Shown one piece after another: positions 19,747 to 29,694 of a DNA stretch of 64,000 nt; the stretch's first letter is position 1, and each line of letters starts with the position of its first letter. Source of the stretch: Patescibacteria group bacterium (GTDB lineage Bacteria; Patescibacteriota; Patescibacteriia; UBA9570; JAHJKD01). The stretch is taken from NCBI GenBank assembly GCA_041660885.1, contig JBAZVM010000006.1, forward strand, positions 15,063 to 79,062, written 5' to 3'. Below the pieces are notes generated by a model. It saw only the letters and a program-made list of their open reading frames with translations. It ran no database searches and was not told the DNA's origin. A program made the position numbers and the translations under genes.

Positions 19747-20496
19747 ATGCGCAGAGAAGACATAGAACCGGATGTAGAAATAATTCCGCCTAAAGAAAAA
19801 TGGTATCAGCGCAAAGGATGCATGGTTTTTTTTGTTATTATGCTTTTACTCTTGGCTGGCGCGGGCTTATTCGGCTGGCAAGTTTATAAATATTACTCTG
19901 CTATCAAATCCGGCAACTATACGCCTGAGATGCAAGCCATGCTTGATAGCGTGGTCGGCTCCGATGAGTCCGCCGTGACGGTTACCAAAGATGATGACCC
20001 CGCCCAAGGTAATCCGGACGCGAAAATAGTGGTTATCGCTTTTGAGGATTTTCAATGCCCGATTTGCGGAGAAGCTTATCCCATATTAAAACAAGTGCTG
20101 CCTGATTATTCCGATAAAGTATTATTCGTTTATCGCGATTTCCCCACAGGCCATGAATTTTCCCAGAGCGCGGCCGAAGCGGCCAATTGCGCCAATGAAC
20201 AAGGCCAATTCTGGGCATACCACGATTTATTATTCAGCGATCAAGCGGCCATTACCGGCTCAGAAATATTTTCCCAATACGCAGACCAGCTTGGTTTAGA
20301 TGTTGATGCATTCGATGAATGCTATATGTCCGGACGCTATGCCGCAGAAGTCAATAAAGATTTTTTAGACGGCAATATTGCCGGCGTTTCCGGCACGCCC
20401 ACTTTCTTCATTAATGGCTATATGCTGCAAGGTTCTTATCCCGTGGAATTCTGGCGCCAGTCTTTTGATTACCTTATAGAAGAACTATACAAGTAA
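19747..20496 (+). CDS. DsbA-family thiol:disulfide oxidoreductase, membrane-anchored
   Basis: TM helix. FEDFQCPICGE active site. GTPTFFINGY cis-Pro loop region. Confidence 0.75.
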   Translation: MRREDIEPDVEIIPPKEKWYQRKGCMVFFVIMLLLLAGAGLFGWQVYKYYSAIKSGNYTPEMQAMLDSVVGSDESAVTVTKDDDPAQGNPDAKIVVIAFEDFQCPICGEAYPILKQVLPDYSDKVLFVYRDFPTGHEFSQSAAEAANCANEQGQFWAYHDLLFSDQAAITGSEIFSQYADQLGLDVDAFDECYMSGRYAAEVNKDFLDGNIAGVSGTPTFFINGYMLQGSYPVEFWRQSFDYLIEELYK

Positions 20497-20520
20497 GTTC
20501 GGTTTTGTTATAATTAGCGC

Positions 20521-21138
20521 ATGATAGAAATCAGAATTCACGGTCGCGGAGGCCAAGGGTCTGTCACTATGGCGTATCTTTTAGCCATGGCCGGCCATGC
20601 CGAAGGATACGAAGCGCAAGCCTTCCCGCATTTTGGCGTGGAACGCCGCGGCGCGCCTGTGGCCGCATATGTGCGTTTTTCTAAAAACCCCATTCGTTTG
20701 CGGGAGCATGTTTATCATCCCGAAGTAATAATTATTCAAGATCCGTCTTTAATCGGCAGCGTTGATATCCTTCAAGGAGCGCATAAAGACACGAAAATTA
20801 TCGTAAATACGGAAAAAAGCATTAAGGATCTAGGCTTGCCGAAAAATTATAAAGTTTTAACCGTTCCCGCGGCTAAAATCGCCATGGAAACAATAGGCCA
20901 GCCGATTATCAATACCGTTATGCTCGGCGCATTTGGCGGAGTTTTTTCTATGCTGAAATTTGCCTCCATTAGAGCGGCCATATGCCAGAATTTTTCCGAG
21001 GATTTGGCTAAAGTTAATGTAAAAGCGGCCAATACTGCTTATTGCCATACTCAGTCAGGCAATAAATATTGCCAGCTTACGCCGAATGTCTGCAGTATTT
21101 CCAACGACGATGTCAATAAATTAAAAGTACAATGTTAA
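20521..21138 (+). CDS. porG: 2-oxoacid (pyruvate):ferredoxin oxidoreductase gamma subunit
   Basis: IRIHGRGGQG N-terminus. Operon context with the delta, alpha and beta subunits. Confidence 0.85.
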   Translation: MIEIRIHGRGGQGSVTMAYLLAMAGHAEGYEAQAFPHFGVERRGAPVAAYVRFSKNPIRLREHVYHPEVIIIQDPSLIGSVDILQGAHKDTKIIVNTEKSIKDLGLPKNYKVLTVPAAKIAMETIGQPIINTVMLGAFGGVFSMLKFASIRAAICQNFSEDLAKVNVKAANTAYCHTQSGNKYCQLTPNVCSISNDDVNKLKVQC

Positions 21139-21419
21139 AAAAGAAAAAAAATATCGATTTATCAGCCAAACCCGGTAGTGCTATGGATAATAAAACCGGC
21201 TCTTGGCGTACTTATAAACCCGTGGTTAATCATGAAAAATGCATTGGCTGCGGAACCTGCGAACGGGTATGCCCCGAAGGCGTTTGCTACAAAACCGGAA
21301 AGAAAAATAAAGCGGGCAAAGAATATTACGATAACGACCTTGATTATTGCAAAGGTTGCGGTATTTGCGCGGAAGAATGCCCGGTAAAATGCATTAAAAT
21401 AGAAATGGAGGAAAAATAA
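21132..21419 (+). CDS. porD: 2-oxoacid:ferredoxin oxidoreductase delta subunit (2x[4Fe-4S] ferredoxin)
   Basis: CIGCGTCERVCP and CKGCGICAEECP. Confidence 0.85.
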   Translation: MLKKKKNIDLSAKPGSAMDNKTGSWRTYKPVVNHEKCIGCGTCERVCPEGVCYKTGKKNKAGKEYYDNDLDYCKGCGICAEECPVKCIKIEMEEK

Positions 21420-21421
21420 TT

Positions 21422-22579
21422 ATGCGTCAAATAATGGAAGGGTCGCACGCTGTGGCCCAAACAATAAAATTGATCAAGCCGAAAGTAGTTTCGGCTTATC
21501 CTATTACTCCGCAAACGCACATCGTGGAAGCTTTGGCCGATTATAAAGCCAAGGGTGATGTGGATTACGAGTATGTCTTGGCGGAATCGGAATTTGCCGC
21601 CGCCTCCATTGTGGAAGGCGCTTGTTTGCGCGGAGTGCGCACATACACGGCCACATCTTCGCAAGGGCTTTTGTTAATGGCGGAAGTGCTTTTCAATATC
21701 GCGGGCATGCGCTTGCCCATGGTGATGACCGTAGCCAATCGTGCGCTTTCCGGCCCCATAAACATTTGGAACGACCAGCAAGACGCGGTAACAGTGCGTG
21801 ATAGCGGCTGGCTCATGCTTTACGCGGAAGACAATCAAGAAGCCGCGGACATGCACGTGGAAGCGTATAAATTGGCGGAATCATTAAATCTGCCCGTAAT
21901 GGTAAATATGGACGGCTATGTTTTAACGCATACTTTTGAGCCCGTGGAAATTCCCGATAGCAAACTGATTAAAAAGTTTTTACCGGAATATAAGCCAAAA
22001 CAGGGAACTTATCTAGATGTAAAAAATCCCAGAACTTTCGGCGCCTTCGCCACCCCGGAAACTTACATGAATATTCGGGAGGATTTGTTTAATCAAGTAG
22101 CTGAAGCCAAATCTGCCATAAAAAAAACGCATCAAGATTTTAAAAAAATATTTAAACGCGGAAATGGCGACGGTGTTGTTGATACTTATCAAATAAAAGA
22201 TGCGGAAATAGTATTGGTTTCTTTTGGCTCAGTTTTGGGCACTATAAAAGATGTAGTGGATGAGCAAAGAAAAAAAGGTGTGAAAGTCGGCGTGTTAAAA
22301 GTGCGCTGCTTTAGGCCTTTCCCGGCTTTAGAAATTGTAAACAATTTAAAAAAGGCTAAATATATCGGAGTTGTGGAAAAATGCTTATCCATCGGCAACG
22401 AAGGAATACTCGCGAACGAAATAAAAGCCGCGGCTTATGATGCCAAACTAAAAGGAAAAATATCTTCATTTATCGTGGGTTTGGGCGGACGGGATGTTAC
22501 AAAAAATAATATCTTAGAAATAATAAGTGCCGCGAAGAAAGGCAATAAAAAAATAAATTTCGTTTATGGAGCGCAATAA
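21422..22579 (+). CDS. porA: 2-oxoacid:ferredoxin oxidoreductase alpha subunit
   Basis: MEGSHAVAQ..., YPITPQT, SEFAAAS. 385 aa. Confidence 0.9.
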   Translation: MRQIMEGSHAVAQTIKLIKPKVVSAYPITPQTHIVEALADYKAKGDVDYEYVLAESEFAAASIVEGACLRGVRTYTATSSQGLLLMAEVLFNIAGMRLPMVMTVANRALSGPINIWNDQQDAVTVRDSGWLMLYAEDNQEAADMHVEAYKLAESLNLPVMVNMDGYVLTHTFEPVEIPDSKLIKKFLPEYKPKQGTYLDVKNPRTFGAFATPETYMNIREDLFNQVAEAKSAIKKTHQDFKKIFKRGNGDGVVDTYQIKDAEIVLVSFGSVLGTIKDVVDEQRKKGVKVGVLKVRCFRPFPALEIVNNLKKAKYIGVVEKCLSIGNEGILANEIKAAAYDAKLKGKISSFIVGLGGRDVTKNNILEIISAAKKGNKKINFVYGAQ

Positions 22580-23462
22580 CAAAAATTCCAAGAATAAGTT
22601 TTTATTGGCCGAAGGCCACTCCGGCTGTTCCGGCTGCGGGCAATTGCTGGCAGCCAGGCATGTGATAGAAAGCGCCGGGCCGAATACCATAATTTTAAAT
22701 TCCACCGGCTGTTTGGAAGTAACTACCACTCCTTTTCCGCGCACGGCTTGGCGCGTGCCCTGGGCGCACTCGTTGTTTGAGAATTCCGCCGCCCTGGCTT
22801 CCGGCGTGGCCGCGGCATTGCGCGCGCAAAAGCTGGAAAATAAAATAAATATTATTGCTCAGGCCGGCGATGGCGGTTCTTTTGATATCGGTTTCGGTTT
22901 GATATCGGGTTTATGGGAAAGGAATGATAACGTGTTATACGTTTGCTACGATAACGAAGCTTACATGAATACGGGCGTGCAAGCCTCCAGCGCCACTATG
23001 CCCGGCACAAGCACCACCACTTCTCCTGCCGGATATCCTTATAAAAAGAAAAACATGCCGCAAATCGCCATGAGCCATAATTTATCTTATGTGGCCGTAG
23101 CCACAGTAGGAAATCTGCTTGATTTAAACAATAAAGTAAAAAAAGCTTTAACCATGCCCGGAGCCAAATATTTACAAATTCTTTGCCCTTGCACGGCCGG
23201 ATGGAAATATGAAGATAGATTAACTATAAAGTTAGCGCAGCTGGCACAGAAAACAGGGTTGTATCCGGTTTTTGAAGCGGAATATGGAAAGATCACCTCA
23301 AGCATGAAAGTGCCTAAAGAAAAAATAGCAATTACGGAATATTTAAAACCGCAAAAACGCTTTAAGCATCTATTTAAAAGAAAAGAAGGGGAGAAGACAA
23401 TAGCCGAATTGCAAGCATGGGCTGATAATAACAAGACAATATATAATTTGTTGCCGCAATAA
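22566..23462 (+). CDS. porB: 2-oxoacid:ferredoxin oxidoreductase beta subunit (TPP-binding)
   Basis: GHSGCSGCG, GDGGSFDIGF, CYDNEAYMNTG. Confidence 0.9.
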   Translation: MERNNKNSKNKFLLAEGHSGCSGCGQLLAARHVIESAGPNTIILNSTGCLEVTTTPFPRTAWRVPWAHSLFENSAALASGVAAALRAQKLENKINIIAQAGDGGSFDIGFGLISGLWERNDNVLYVCYDNEAYMNTGVQASSATMPGTSTTTSPAGYPYKKKNMPQIAMSHNLSYVAVATVGNLLDLNNKVKKALTMPGAKYLQILCPCTAGWKYEDRLTIKLAQLAQKTGLYPVFEAEYGKITSSMKVPKEKIAITEYLKPQKRFKHLFKRKEGEKTIAELQAWADNNKTIYNLLPQ

Positions 23463-23463
23463 C

Positions 23464-24389
23464 ATGACGCCGGAAAAATTAAAAAAATTCAAAGGTTATT
23501 TTGTTCGGAAAAAATACAAAGTATTTGATTATTTGGCTTTGGGCAATAAGCTTCCGGAAACGCCGTTTTTCAAGGAAGCATTGTTCCCTTGGAACGACGC
23601 GGTCATTGAATATAACAACGCCAAACAAAAAGAAATTTTTGATAATCGCAAACGAGTTTTGCTGGGAGTGAACATTTTAGATTTAAGAGCGTTATCATTG
23701 TGGCACCAAGTTTTTGAAAAGGACTCATTTTTTCAAAAGCGTTTGCGCAATACAATTATTATCGGACAATTTATCGCGCCAGTAAGGAAAAACGATTCCG
23801 GCTTTTTACTCGATAAATTTGAAGAAGAAAATTTGGAACATTTGAAATTTGATATTTTTATCATTGGCAGTGAAAAATATTATAAAATTTTACGGGTTCG
23901 GAAGAAGGCCAAAAAATATTGGAAGATTTCGGTTATACCGAATACGAGCATGTGGATTTTATGGGGCTGATAAAAGAAGAAGGCATGGATGAAAAAGTGC
24001 TGAAAATAAAAAAGAAATTGAAAAATCGTTATGTAAAAAAAATTTGGGAAAAAATCGGAAAAAAATGTTTGGAGTGCGGTCGTTGCACTTATGTTTGTCC
24101 TACATGTTTTTGTTTCGATATAGTGGAAAAGCCAGGGTTTAAAAAGGGCAAAGGCGTGCGCAGCCGAGAATGGAATTCTTGTTTATTTCCGGCTTTTTCC
24201 CAAGTAACCGGCGGGCATAAATTTCAAAAAAATACGGCCGAGCGTTTGTATTTTTGGTATTACCATAAATTCGTGCGCATACCCGAAGAATTTAATTTGC
24301 CCGGTTGCGTGGGTTGCGGACGCTGTTCCCGCGCCTGTCCCGTGGGTATTGATATCGTTAAAGTGCTAGACGAAATATTAAAAAGTTGA
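23464..24389 (+). pseudogene. hydB: sulfhydrogenase beta / AsrA-like 4Fe-4S subunit, frame broken near 23885-23895
   Basis: Two overlapping ORFs (23464-23970 and 23919-24389) together look like one protein. The downstream frame reads ...TGSEEGQKILEDFGYTEYEHVDF straight after the A4T4 run. The C-terminal part carries CxxCxxCxxxCP clusters. Confidence 0.65.
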
Positions 24390-24392
24390 TTT

Positions 24393-25208
24393 ATGCGCAA
24401 TCCCTATTTGGCCGAAGAAGCCGTTATCAATAAAATTACCCAGGAATGCTCCGATGTTAAAACTTATAATATTTCTTTGCTAAATAAAAAGAAGCAGAAA
24501 GAAATAATTTTTACGGCCGGACAATTCTTCATGATCGGCTTGCCGGGCATTGGGGAATCGGCCATTTCCATTTCCTCTTCTCCCGATATTAAAGATAGTT
24601 TTGAATTAACTATCAGGCTGGCCGGAAAAGTCACAAAGGCATTAAACAAATTAAAAAAAGGGGAGAGAGTTTTTATCCGCGGACCTTTCGGGCATGGATG
24701 GCCGGAAATTAAAAAGGAAGACGATATAGTTTTAATCGCCGGCGGCGTGGGCTTGCCCGCTATTAAACCGATTCTTGATGATTATTGCCACGGCCGGATT
24801 TCCTGTAAAAATATCCAGCTTTTTTATGGAACAACAAATATTGAAAAACTGGTTTGCGTGCGTTATTACGGTCTTTGGAAAAAAGAAGCGCATCTTTGCA
24901 TGACGCTTGATAAGGGAGATAAGCGCTGGAAAGAGCATGTGGGAGTAATAACCGGCATTATTCAAAAGGCAAAAATTTCCGCCAAAGCCAAAGCTTTCGT
25001 TATCGGCCCGCCGATAATGTATAAATTTGTCATCGCGGAATTAAAAAATAAAGGCTTGAAAGACGAAAATATTTATGTTTCTTTAGAACGTAGAATGCAT
25101 TGCGGCGTAGGCGTTTGCCAGCATTGCGCTTGTGGCCATTTGTATACCTGCAAAGACGGCCCGGTATTTCAATACAGCCAAATTAAAGATATTCCATTTG
25201 CCATATAA
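24393..25208 (+). CDS. hydG: sulfhydrogenase gamma / AsrB-like FAD-NAD(P)-binding subunit with a 2Fe-2S site
   Basis: Ferredoxin-reductase-like fold motifs (GQFFMIG, IAGGVGLPAIKP). C-terminal CGVGVCQHCACGHLYTCKDGPVF. Confidence 0.8.
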   Translation: MRNPYLAEEAVINKITQECSDVKTYNISLLNKKKQKEIIFTAGQFFMIGLPGIGESAISISSSPDIKDSFELTIRLAGKVTKALNKLKKGERVFIRGPFGHGWPEIKKEDDIVLIAGGVGLPAIKPILDDYCHGRISCKNIQLFYGTTNIEKLVCVRYYGLWKKEAHLCMTLDKGDKRWKEHVGVITGIIQKAKISAKAKAFVIGPPIMYKFVIAELKNKGLKDENIYVSLERRMHCGVGVCQHCACGHLYTCKDGPVFQYSQIKDIPFAI

Positions 25209-25211
25209 ATT

Positions 25212-25412
25212 ATGTGTTTAACCATTCCCGGCCAAGTGAAAGAAATAAATAAAGATAACTATGTGGTGCAATACGGTCCGCAAGAAATAAAAGTGCCCAA
25301 TACCATTATTAAAAATATTGAAGAAGGCGATTGGGTAATGGTGCAGAATAAAACCATTACGCAAAAAATATCCCCCAAACAAGCGCAAGATTTTTTTAAA
25401 TTAATGAAATAA
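25212..25412 (+). CDS. hypC: hydrogenase assembly chaperone HypC/HupF
   Basis: Diagnostic N-terminus MCLTIPGQV. 66 aa. Confidence 0.85.
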   Translation: MCLTIPGQVKEINKDNYVVQYGPQEIKVPNTIIKNIEEGDWVMVQNKTITQKISPKQAQDFFKLMK

Positions 25413-25414
25413 TT

Positions 25415-26317
25415 ATGAAGAAAGGAATCATTCTCATTCTTACCACCGCCGTAATCTCCGGCTTCTCCATATTTATAAATCAATTTGGAGTGAAGGTTAT
25501 AAACTCAGATATTTTTGCCGGGCTGAAAAATATTACCGTCGCTTTATTATTGTTTGCGGTGATATTATTATTTCGCGAATGGGTTAATTTTAAAAAATTA
25601 TCCAAAAAAGATTGGCTGACATTAATAATAATCGGTTTGGTGGGAGGCAGCGTTCCTTTCTTAATGTTCTTTAAAGGTTTAAGTTTATCCACCGCGCCGG
25701 AAGCGGCTTATATTCATAAATTCTTGTTTGTTTTTATCATAATCCTAGCGCCGCTTATATTAAAAGAAAAACTGCAATGGCATTATTTATTGGGTTTTGT
25801 TTTTCTAATCATGGGCAGCGCCTTGCTTTTTAAAGTCAACGGCAACTTTACCTTCAATAAAGGAAATTTATTGATACTGGGAGCCACTTTTATTTGGGCC
25901 ATAGAAAATATAATCGCTAAAAAAGCCGTGGCCACTATTTCTCCGCGTTTGGTGGCCTGGGGCCGCATGGGTTTTGGTTCGCTGTTTATCTTAATATATT
26001 TAGGCTTTACGCATCAGCTTGGGGCATTAACGCAATTAACCCTCACGCAATTCTCTTGGGTGTTTTTATCTGCGCTATTATTATTGGGATACGTGCTTAC
26101 TTGGTATACCGGCTTAAAATATATTCCTCTATCTTTTGCCGCGGCCATATTATCTTTGGGTGCGCTAATTACCGCGCTGTTAGAAATTACTCAAGGGAAA
26201 GCCTATAGCACGACGCAGATTATCGGGTTGGTGCTTATGGTTTTTGGTATCAGCGTTATTTTGTGGTTAAAGAAAATATTATGCTTACGCTCCGCCAAGC
26301 TTGTCGCTTCTCGCTAA
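25415..26317 (+). CDS. EamA/DMT-family transporter
   Basis: Ten predicted TM helices in a two-EamA-repeat layout. 300 aa. Confidence 0.75.
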   Translation: MKKGIILILTTAVISGFSIFINQFGVKVINSDIFAGLKNITVALLLFAVILLFREWVNFKKLSKKDWLTLIIIGLVGGSVPFLMFFKGLSLSTAPEAAYIHKFLFVFIIILAPLILKEKLQWHYLLGFVFLIMGSALLFKVNGNFTFNKGNLLILGATFIWAIENIIAKKAVATISPRLVAWGRMGFGSLFILIYLGFTHQLGALTQLTLTQFSWVFLSALLLLGYVLTWYTGLKYIPLSFAAAILSLGALITALLEITQGKAYSTTQIIGLVLMVFGISVILWLKKILCLRSAKLVASR

Positions 26318-26772
26318 TACCGCACGAATTGGGTTTTTGCGGCCCGCGGAAAAATTGTTCGCTGAAGTTGAAGAATTATATTAATAAAAAAAATAATAAT
26401 AAAAAGGAAATAAAAAAAATCCTGAAGCAGTTTAAAGCGGTTTATTTCTATTGCCAGCAAATTGCCAAGAAAAATAATATTAAAGATCCGTTGAATGAAG
26501 AAGTACTGGAAGCATATTGGCTGGGCAATGATCTTTTAAAAAAATGCCGCTACAAAAACGGGGGCTATCCGCATCACTCCTTTCACGTTTGGCAAACAAA
26601 ACCCTTTAATAAGGAGATTAAGCTGACAAAAAAGATGAAGGAAGTATGCCAAGTCAGTGTGAATAAAAAATATGCTTATCACTGGAAAAAGAGAATCATG
26701 AAATTAAATAAAGAGCAAATAAAAAATTTAAAATATTATAATAATATAAACCAATGTCTAAGCCAAAAGTAG
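26281..26772 (+). CDS. hypothetical protein (Lys-rich)
   Basis: ORF with ATG at 26281 (track ORF starts at 26263). Conserved-looking N-terminus LRQACRFSLIPHELGFCGP. Family not recognised. Confidence 0.45.
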   Translation: MLTLRQACRFSLIPHELGFCGPRKNCSLKLKNYINKKNNNKKEIKKILKQFKAVYFYCQQIAKKNNIKDPLNEEVLEAYWLGNDLLKKCRYKNGGYPHHSFHVWQTKPFNKEIKLTKKMKEVCQVSVNKKYAYHWKKRIMKLNKEQIKNLKYYNNINQCLSQK

Positions 26773-27527
26773 CATTTATTTCATTAACATCATGCGAAGG
26801 ATGCCAAATGGCTTTGATAGATTTGGGCAAAGATTTTCTGGCATTGCTTGAATATGTGGATATTGCCAAGCACCGCTTGATAGAAGAAAGAAAAGATAAG
26901 AAGAATAATTTATATGATATTTGTTTTATTGAAGGGTCGCCGTTATATAAAGATAATATTGAGGCGTTGAAAGATTTAAGGAAAAGATCGAAAGTGATCG
27001 TTGTGCTGGGAGGATGCGCGGATTCCGGATGCGTCTACGCTTTAAGAAATTATACCAATAAAGAAAAAGCCGCGCGTCATGTGTATCCGAAATCATCTAA
27101 AACCATATTTAATCCGGCCGTGGCTGGCATTTCGAGTGTCATTACTATTGATTATGTGTTGCCGGGCTGTCCGGTTACGGCTAATGAGTTTATTGATTTT
27201 GTTACTCAAGTTATCGGCCGGGGAGATTACAAAAGAGAAGAGCGGCCGATTTGTTATGAATGTAAGAAGAAAAACAATCCTTGCTTGTTACAACAGGGAT
27301 TGCCTTGTCTGGGGCCCTGCATGCAGGGCGGCTGCGAGGCTGTTTGTCCGTCAGCCGGCATGCCGTGCCAAGGCTGCCGTGGCCCTTTGCCTGATGCGCA
27401 ATGGGATAATATGGAGAAGAAGCTGAAAGAATTGCTGCCTGCAAAAAAAGTTAATGAAATTTTAGAAATTTTTGGAGAAAAAGAAAGAGTAAAATCTAAA
27501 AGCAGAATCACGAAGACACGAAATTAA
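26754..27527 (+). CDS. hydD: NiFe hydrogenase small (delta) subunit, NuoB-like
   Basis: SLTSCEGCQ, GGCADSGC, PGCPV. C-terminal Cys clusters for distal FeS centres. Confidence 0.8.
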   Translation: MSKPKVAFISLTSCEGCQMALIDLGKDFLALLEYVDIAKHRLIEERKDKKNNLYDICFIEGSPLYKDNIEALKDLRKRSKVIVVLGGCADSGCVYALRNYTNKEKAARHVYPKSSKTIFNPAVAGISSVITIDYVLPGCPVTANEFIDFVTQVIGRGDYKREERPICYECKKKNNPCLLQQGLPCLGPCMQGGCEAVCPSAGMPCQGCRGPLPDAQWDNMEKKLKELLPAKKVNEILEIFGEKERVKSKSRITKTRN

Positions 27528-27542
27528 CGAAAAGAATAAAAT

Positions 27543-28382
27543 ATGGCTCCATTTGAGCGTTTAAGAACAATAATTTTAGATGGGGGTTTACCTGCACCTA
27601 GTCCTGAAGATATGGCAAAAATAAATGAAATAGATGCGGCCGTAGAAGGTTCAGATGAAGAATTGGCCAATAGACTGCAGGAATTAAGTACTAAACTCTC
27701 AGAAAAATTAGAAGAAATGTTTGGTCAATCAAGGGGTGGGTATAGAGGAACGACATTAGCTCCATTGCCAGAAAATAATGGACAACAATTTACAGAAATA
27801 GCGTTGATAACGCAGGAACATCAGAGGCGTTTAGATACTATAAGAAATATAGTCGCTGATTTATTTCCCGATGTAATGATAATTGACGGTGGCATAAAAA
27901 GTGTAGAAAGAGCATTAAAGAAAGAGGAAGGATATAAGAAAAGGCATCCTGCTAATACTAATGATATAGCTCATTGCCCGGATTTAAGTCGTATTCGTTT
28001 AATAGCTTCGGGGCTAAAAGAAATGTCTTCCCTATCTTACGTTATTAAAAATGAGATGGAAGGCTATGGAATTATTGCGAACTATAATCGTTATTCAACA
28101 AATTTTGGAAAAAAATACGAGACTCCATTTAAAGGAGTGATATGGAATTTTTGTTGGGAAGACGACAATAAAGATTTAACAGATACCATGTCCACAGAGG
28201 TGCAATTGGTAACAGCCCGCGTTGCCGCGGTTATGAGTTTAAATCACGCATTTGATGTGGAGCAAATTCTTGAGTATCCGGATCAAGAAACAAAAGATCG
28301 CGTAAACGCTTTATTCTGCAAAGCTTCAATACTTGATCTTCAGGAATTGGCAGCTAGTTTGGAAACACCAGAAGAAAAATAA
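27543..28382 (+). CDS. hypothetical protein with RelA/SpoT-like (alarmone-synthetase-fold nucleotidyltransferase) motifs
   Basis: Ordered motifs GIKSVERALKK, DLSRIRLI and EVQLVT, spaced about 28 and 72 aa apart, as in small alarmone synthetases. Recalled pattern match only. Confidence 0.4.
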   Translation: MAPFERLRTIILDGGLPAPSPEDMAKINEIDAAVEGSDEELANRLQELSTKLSEKLEEMFGQSRGGYRGTTLAPLPENNGQQFTEIALITQEHQRRLDTIRNIVADLFPDVMIIDGGIKSVERALKKEEGYKKRHPANTNDIAHCPDLSRIRLIASGLKEMSSLSYVIKNEMEGYGIIANYNRYSTNFGKKYETPFKGVIWNFCWEDDNKDLTDTMSTEVQLVTARVAAVMSLNHAFDVEQILEYPDQETKDRVNALFCKASILDLQELAASLETPEEK

Positions 28383-28423
28383 TTAATAATACATACTACG
28401 CACTAAATAACTACATACTAACT

Positions 28424-29692
28424 ATGAAAATACGCATAAATCATTTGGCAAAAATGGAAGGGCACGCCTCATTCGTGGGCAATATTATCGCCACGGGAGA
28501 AGTGCAAGAAGCCATGGTGCAAACCGAAGAAGGCGCCAGGCTGATCGAGGGCATTTTAATCGGCCGGCACTTTAGCGAAGCAAAAACCGTCACTTCCAGA
28601 ATTTGCGGCGTCTGCCCCGTGGTGCATTATCTTACGGCTATGGCCGCCATGGAAAACGCGCTTGATATCCAACCGCGCGAGATTGATATAAAAATAAGAA
28701 AACTTTTAGAAGCCAGCCAAATAATTTACAGCCATGCTTTGCATATTTTTTTCTTGAGCCTGCCGGATTTCTTGGATTTCGACGACGATATAAAAATGGC
28801 CGGAAAGTATCCGAAAGAAACAGAACTGGCCATAGAAATTCGGGAGTGGGCTATTGATCTGCAAAGAATAGTGGCCGGCCGCACTATTCATCCGCTTTCC
28901 ATGGAAGAAGGAGGCATGAAGCGCTATCCGAAAAAAGAAGACATGATAAAATTATATGAACGAAGCGACGAGATTATAAAGAAGACCAGTATTATCGGTA
29001 ATTTTTTCGCGAAATTAAAATATCCCGCTTTTAGCCGCGACACAGAATTTATCGCTCTGGGTAAAAAGAAAGAGTATGCTTATCTAGACGGCAGCTTAGT
29101 TTCCAATAAAGGCTTGAATATTTCTCCGGAAAAATTCGCGCACAATATAGAGGAAATCGAAAGGCCGTATCAATTAGTAAAGCGCACTCATTGGCAGGGG
29201 AAACCGTATTTTGTCGGCGCTTTAGCTAGAATTAATTTGCACTCAAAGCTTTTGCATCCGCAAGCCAAGAAAGTTTTACAAGCAAGCCATGTTTCTTTTC
29301 CCAATAACAATACTTTTTATAATGTCTTGGCGCAGGCCATAGAGCTTATTCATTTTGCGGAAGAGGCAAAAATATTATTAAAAAATATTATTGCCAATTA
29401 CAGCCTATGCGATGTTAGTAATAATATTAAATATAAAATTAAAGCGGGAAAAGGCTTGGGAGCTGTTGAAGCTCCTCGAGGCACTCTTTATCATTATTAT
29501 GAGCTTGATAGTAAAGGGTATATAGTGGATTGTAATATTATTACTCCCACGGCGCAGTTCTTGGCGAATCTGGACGCGGATTTAAAAGTATTATTGCCCA
29601 CAACTTTAAAATTAAACCAGCATCAGCGCGAGAGAAGGATCAAACAGCTTATTAGAGCTTACGATCCTTGCATTTCTTGCGCCACCCATTAA
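28424..29692 (+). CDS. hydA: NiFe hydrogenase large (alpha) subunit, group 3b-like
   Basis: N-terminal RICGVCPVVH and C-terminal DPCISCATH nickel-binding motifs. 422 aa. Confidence 0.9.
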   Translation: MKIRINHLAKMEGHASFVGNIIATGEVQEAMVQTEEGARLIEGILIGRHFSEAKTVTSRICGVCPVVHYLTAMAAMENALDIQPREIDIKIRKLLEASQIIYSHALHIFFLSLPDFLDFDDDIKMAGKYPKETELAIEIREWAIDLQRIVAGRTIHPLSMEEGGMKRYPKKEDMIKLYERSDEIIKKTSIIGNFFAKLKYPAFSRDTEFIALGKKKEYAYLDGSLVSNKGLNISPEKFAHNIEEIERPYQLVKRTHWQGKPYFVGALARINLHSKLLHPQAKKVLQASHVSFPNNNTFYNVLAQAIELIHFAEEAKILLKNIIANYSLCDVSNNIKYKIKAGKGLGAVEAPRGTLYHYYELDSKGYIVDCNIITPTAQFLANLDADLKVLLPTTLKLNQHQRERRIKQLIRAYDPCISCATH

Positions 29693-29694
29693 TT

